Assembly (NCBI GenBank): GCA_048595045.1
Contig: JBMDXS010000241.1
Coordinates: forward strand, 1-56,398
Source of the DNA: Acidimicrobiia bacterium
GTDB lineage: Bacteria; Actinomycetota; Acidimicrobiia; Spongiisociales; ZC4RG35
Length of the DNA stretch: 56,398 nucleotides
Reading direction: 5' to 3'
In this document: piece by piece, positions 54,218 through 56,398 of the stretch
Numbering within the stretch: the stretch's first letter is position 1
Layout of the letters: every line of letters begins with the position of its first letter
The notes under the pieces: generated by a model
Seen by the model: only the letters and a program-made list of their open reading frames with translations
What the model was told of the DNA's origin: nothing
Database searches by the model: none
Position numbers and translations under genes: made by a program

Positions 54218-56398
54218 TCAGCCGCCGACCATCTCTCGGAGGAACTTCCCCGTGTAGCTCTCCCCCACCTGCGCCACCTCTTCGGGCGTTCCGGTGGCGA
54301 TGACCCGACCACCGCCGCTGCCACCTTCCGGTCCCAGGTCGATGACATGATCGACCGACTTGATCACATCGAGGTTGTGCTCGATTACGACAACCGTGTT
54401 TCCGGCGTCGACCAGCCGTTGTAGCACCTGAAGCAGCTTGCGGATGTCCTCGAAGTGGAGCCCGGTGGTGGGCTCGTCGAGGATGTACAGCGTTCGCCCG
54501 GTGGACCGACGCCCCAGCTCGGAGGAGAGCTTGATGCGTTGGGCTTCACCGCCGGACAGGGTGGTGGCCGGCTGCCCCAGTCTCACGTAGCCGAGGCCGA
54601 CGTCGTAGAGCGTCTGGAGGATCCGGACGATCTTGGGCTGGTTCTCGAAGAACCCAAGCGCCTCCTCCACCGACATCTCGAGCACATCTGCGATGTTGTG
54701 ACCCTTCCACAGGATCTCCAACGTCTCCCGGTTGTATCGCCGTCCGCCGCACACCTCGCACGGGACGTAGACATCGGGGAGGAAGTGCATCTCGATCTTG
54801 ATCGTCCCGTCACCGGCGCAGGCCTCGCAACGGCCGCCCTTCACGTTGAATGAGAAACGGCCCGGTTGATAGCCTCGTGCCCTAGCCTCCGGCGTCTGGG
54901 CGAACAACGACCGGATTTGATCGAACAGCTTCGTGTAGGTCGCCGGATTGGAGCGTGGGGTGCGACCGATGGGTGACTGATCGATGTCGATCACCTTGTC
55001 GATCTGCTCGATCCCATCGATCTTCTTGTGTCGTCCCGGCACCATCCGGGCTCGGTTGACCCGATTGGCCAGCGCCTTCCACAGAATCTCCTCGATCAAT
55101 GTCGATTTCCCCGACCCCGACACCCCGGTGACGGCGGTGAAGACGCCGAGGGGGAAGGCCACGTCGATCCCCTGAAGGTTGTTTTCGGTGGCGCCACGGA
55201 TCGTGATCGCCTCCCCGGTGCCTTGTCTGCGGAGGAACGGGACCGGGATCTGCCTGCGGCCCGCCAGGTAGTCGCCGGTGATGGAGTCTGGCTCGGCGGT
55301 TATGTCGGCGAGGCTCCCTTCGGCGACGATGTGCCCACCGTGCTCGCCCGCTCCCGGGCCGATGTCGACGATGTGATCGGCCACCCTGATGGTGTCCTCG
55401 TCGTGCTCCACCACTATCAGGGTGTTGCCGAGGTCTCGGAGACGGAGCAAGGTCTCGATCAGCCGTTGGTTGTCACGCTGGTGTAGCCCGATAGATGGCT
55501 CGTCGAGGATGTAGAGCACCCCGACCAGGCCGGAGCCGATCTGGGTGGCGAGACGGATCCTCTGCGCCTCTCCTCCGGCCAGGGTCGCCGCCGATCGGCT
55601 CAGCGACAGGTAGTCGAGGCCCACGTCGAGGAGGAACTGAATCCGTGCCTTGACCTCCTTGAGCACCCGCTCGGCGATGGTGCGCTCACGATCGTTGAGC
55701 TCGAGATCCTCGAAGAACTCCTTGGAGTTACCCAGGCTCAGCTCGGAGACCTCGGCGATGTTGCGGTCGGCGATGGTAACCGCCAGCGAGATCGGGTTGA
55801 GCCGCCCTCCCCCACATGCCTCACAGGGGACCTCGGCCATGTACTCCTGGTAGTACTCCCTGGCCGAGTCGCTCTCAGCCGACTCGTGACGCCGGTTCAG
55901 GAACGGGATCGCCCCCTCGAAGGTGGCCTGCCACTGGCGCTTCCTGCCGAATCGGTTCGTGTACTTGATCGTGATCTTCTCGTCGCCGGTCCCGTAGAGG
56001 ATCTTGTCCTGGATCTTCTTGGGCAGGTCCTCCCACGGAGTGTCCATGGAGAACCCGAAGACCTCCCCCAGCCCGGTGAGGAGACGGTGGTAGTACCTCA
56101 TTCGGTTGGAGGACCACATCGGGATCACTCCCTCCTCGAGAGAGAGCGACGGATCTGAGATCACGAGCTCAGGGTCGACCTGGAATCTGGTCCCGATGCC
56201 GGAACAAACCGTGCAGGCTCCGTATGGGCTGTTGAAGGAGAAGTTGCGTGGCTGGAGGTCCTCGAACGAGAGCCCGCATTTGGGACAGGAGAGATGCTGG
56301 GAGAAGGTGAGAGTGGCACCGTCGACGATCTCGATGTCGGCTGTGCCGTCGGTGAGGCTGAGGGCCGTCTCGAGGGACTGGGTGAGCCGCTGTTCCAT
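54218..56398 (-). CDS. uvrA: Excinuclease ABC subunit A (5' part outside the window)
   Basis: [10 protein letters not shown] zinc finger, [41 protein letters not shown]; the frame runs off the window edge. Confidence 0.98.
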   Translation of the reverse strand: MEQRLTQSLETALSLTDGTADIEIVDGATLTFSQHLSCPKCGLSFEDLQPRNFSFNSPYGACTVCSGIGTRFQVDPELVISDPSLSLEEGVIPMWSSNRMRYYHRLLTGLGEVFGFSMDTPWEDLPKKIQDKILYGTGDEKITIKYTNRFGRKRQWQATFEGAIPFLNRRHESAESDSAREYYQEYMAEVPCEACGGGRLNPISLAVTIADRNIAEVSELSLGNSKEFFEDLELNDRERTIAERVLKEVKARIQFLLDVGLDYLSLSRSAATLAGGEAQRIRLATQIGSGLVGVLYILDEPSIGLHQRDNQRLIETLLRLRDLGNTLIVVEHDEDTIRVADHIVDIGPGAGEHGGHIVAEGSLADITAEPDSITGDYLAGRRQIPVPFLRRQGTGEAITIRGATENNLQGIDVAFPLGVFTAVTGVSGSGKSTLIEEILWKALANRVNRARMVPGRHKKIDGIEQIDKVIDIDQSPIGRTPRSNPATYTKLFDQIRSLFAQTPEARARGYQPGRFSFNVKGGRCEACAGDGTIKIEMHFLPDVYVPCEVCGGRRYNRETLEILWKGHNIADVLEMSVEEALGFFENQPKIVRILQTLYDVGLGYVRLGQPATTLSGGEAQRIKLSSELGRRSTGRTLYILDEPTTGLHFEDIRKLLQVLQRLVDAGNTVVVIEHNLDVIKSVDHVIDLGPEGGSGGGRVIATGTPEEVAQVGESYTGKFLREMVGG

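Noticed and set aside
379-56158. Many long antisense or alternate-frame ORFs (e.g. 2553-3986, 7549-8961, 14293-15720, 28976-30457, 38886-40226, 50494-52077)
   Set aside because: They fully overlap well-supported genes and have no motifs. Such shadow ORFs are expected in high-GC DNA with strong GC3 bias.

Overview
High-GC core-genome segment of an actinobacterium. Gene content and order suggest class Acidimicrobiia (inference). Almost all genes lie on the minus strand. Read in window order, the main blocks are: (1) a PotABCD-like ABC transporter divergent from a cyclic amidohydrolase and a Nudix gene; (2) der-ispH-cmk-aroA-rluB-scpB-scpA-HD-dksA/traR-xerD-ald-pyrG-recN-nadK-tlyA; (3) AarF kinase, HAD-IIA, M20 peptidase, Nudix, GNAT, ppm1, DUF4193, lipid kinase, helY, tatC, tatB; (4) a complete Pup-proteasome/PafBC locus (pafC, pafB, pafA, prcA, prcB, pup, dop, arc, trmI); (5) a ~4.3 kb mixed-orientation accessory patch next to tRNA-Leu(GAG); (6) secG-gpmA-tpiA-pgk-yvcK-rapZ-uvrC, a methyltransferase, a UDP-glucuronate decarboxylase-like gene and partial uvrA. 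I found no phage, IS, CRISPR or clear new multi-gene system. The most interesting signals are small. Four microproteins are absent from or mis-started in the ORF track, three of them coupled to der, tlyA and trmI. tlyA probably starts at CTG. PafBC (RecA-NDp)-like promoters lie upstream of arc and uvrC. Two orphan genes have sigma28/WhiG-like promoters, one a Zn-ribbon gene inserted between pafC and tatB. Many promoters look leaderless, and whiA and gap are missing from their usual locus. All family assignments come from motif recognition by eye; no searches were run.
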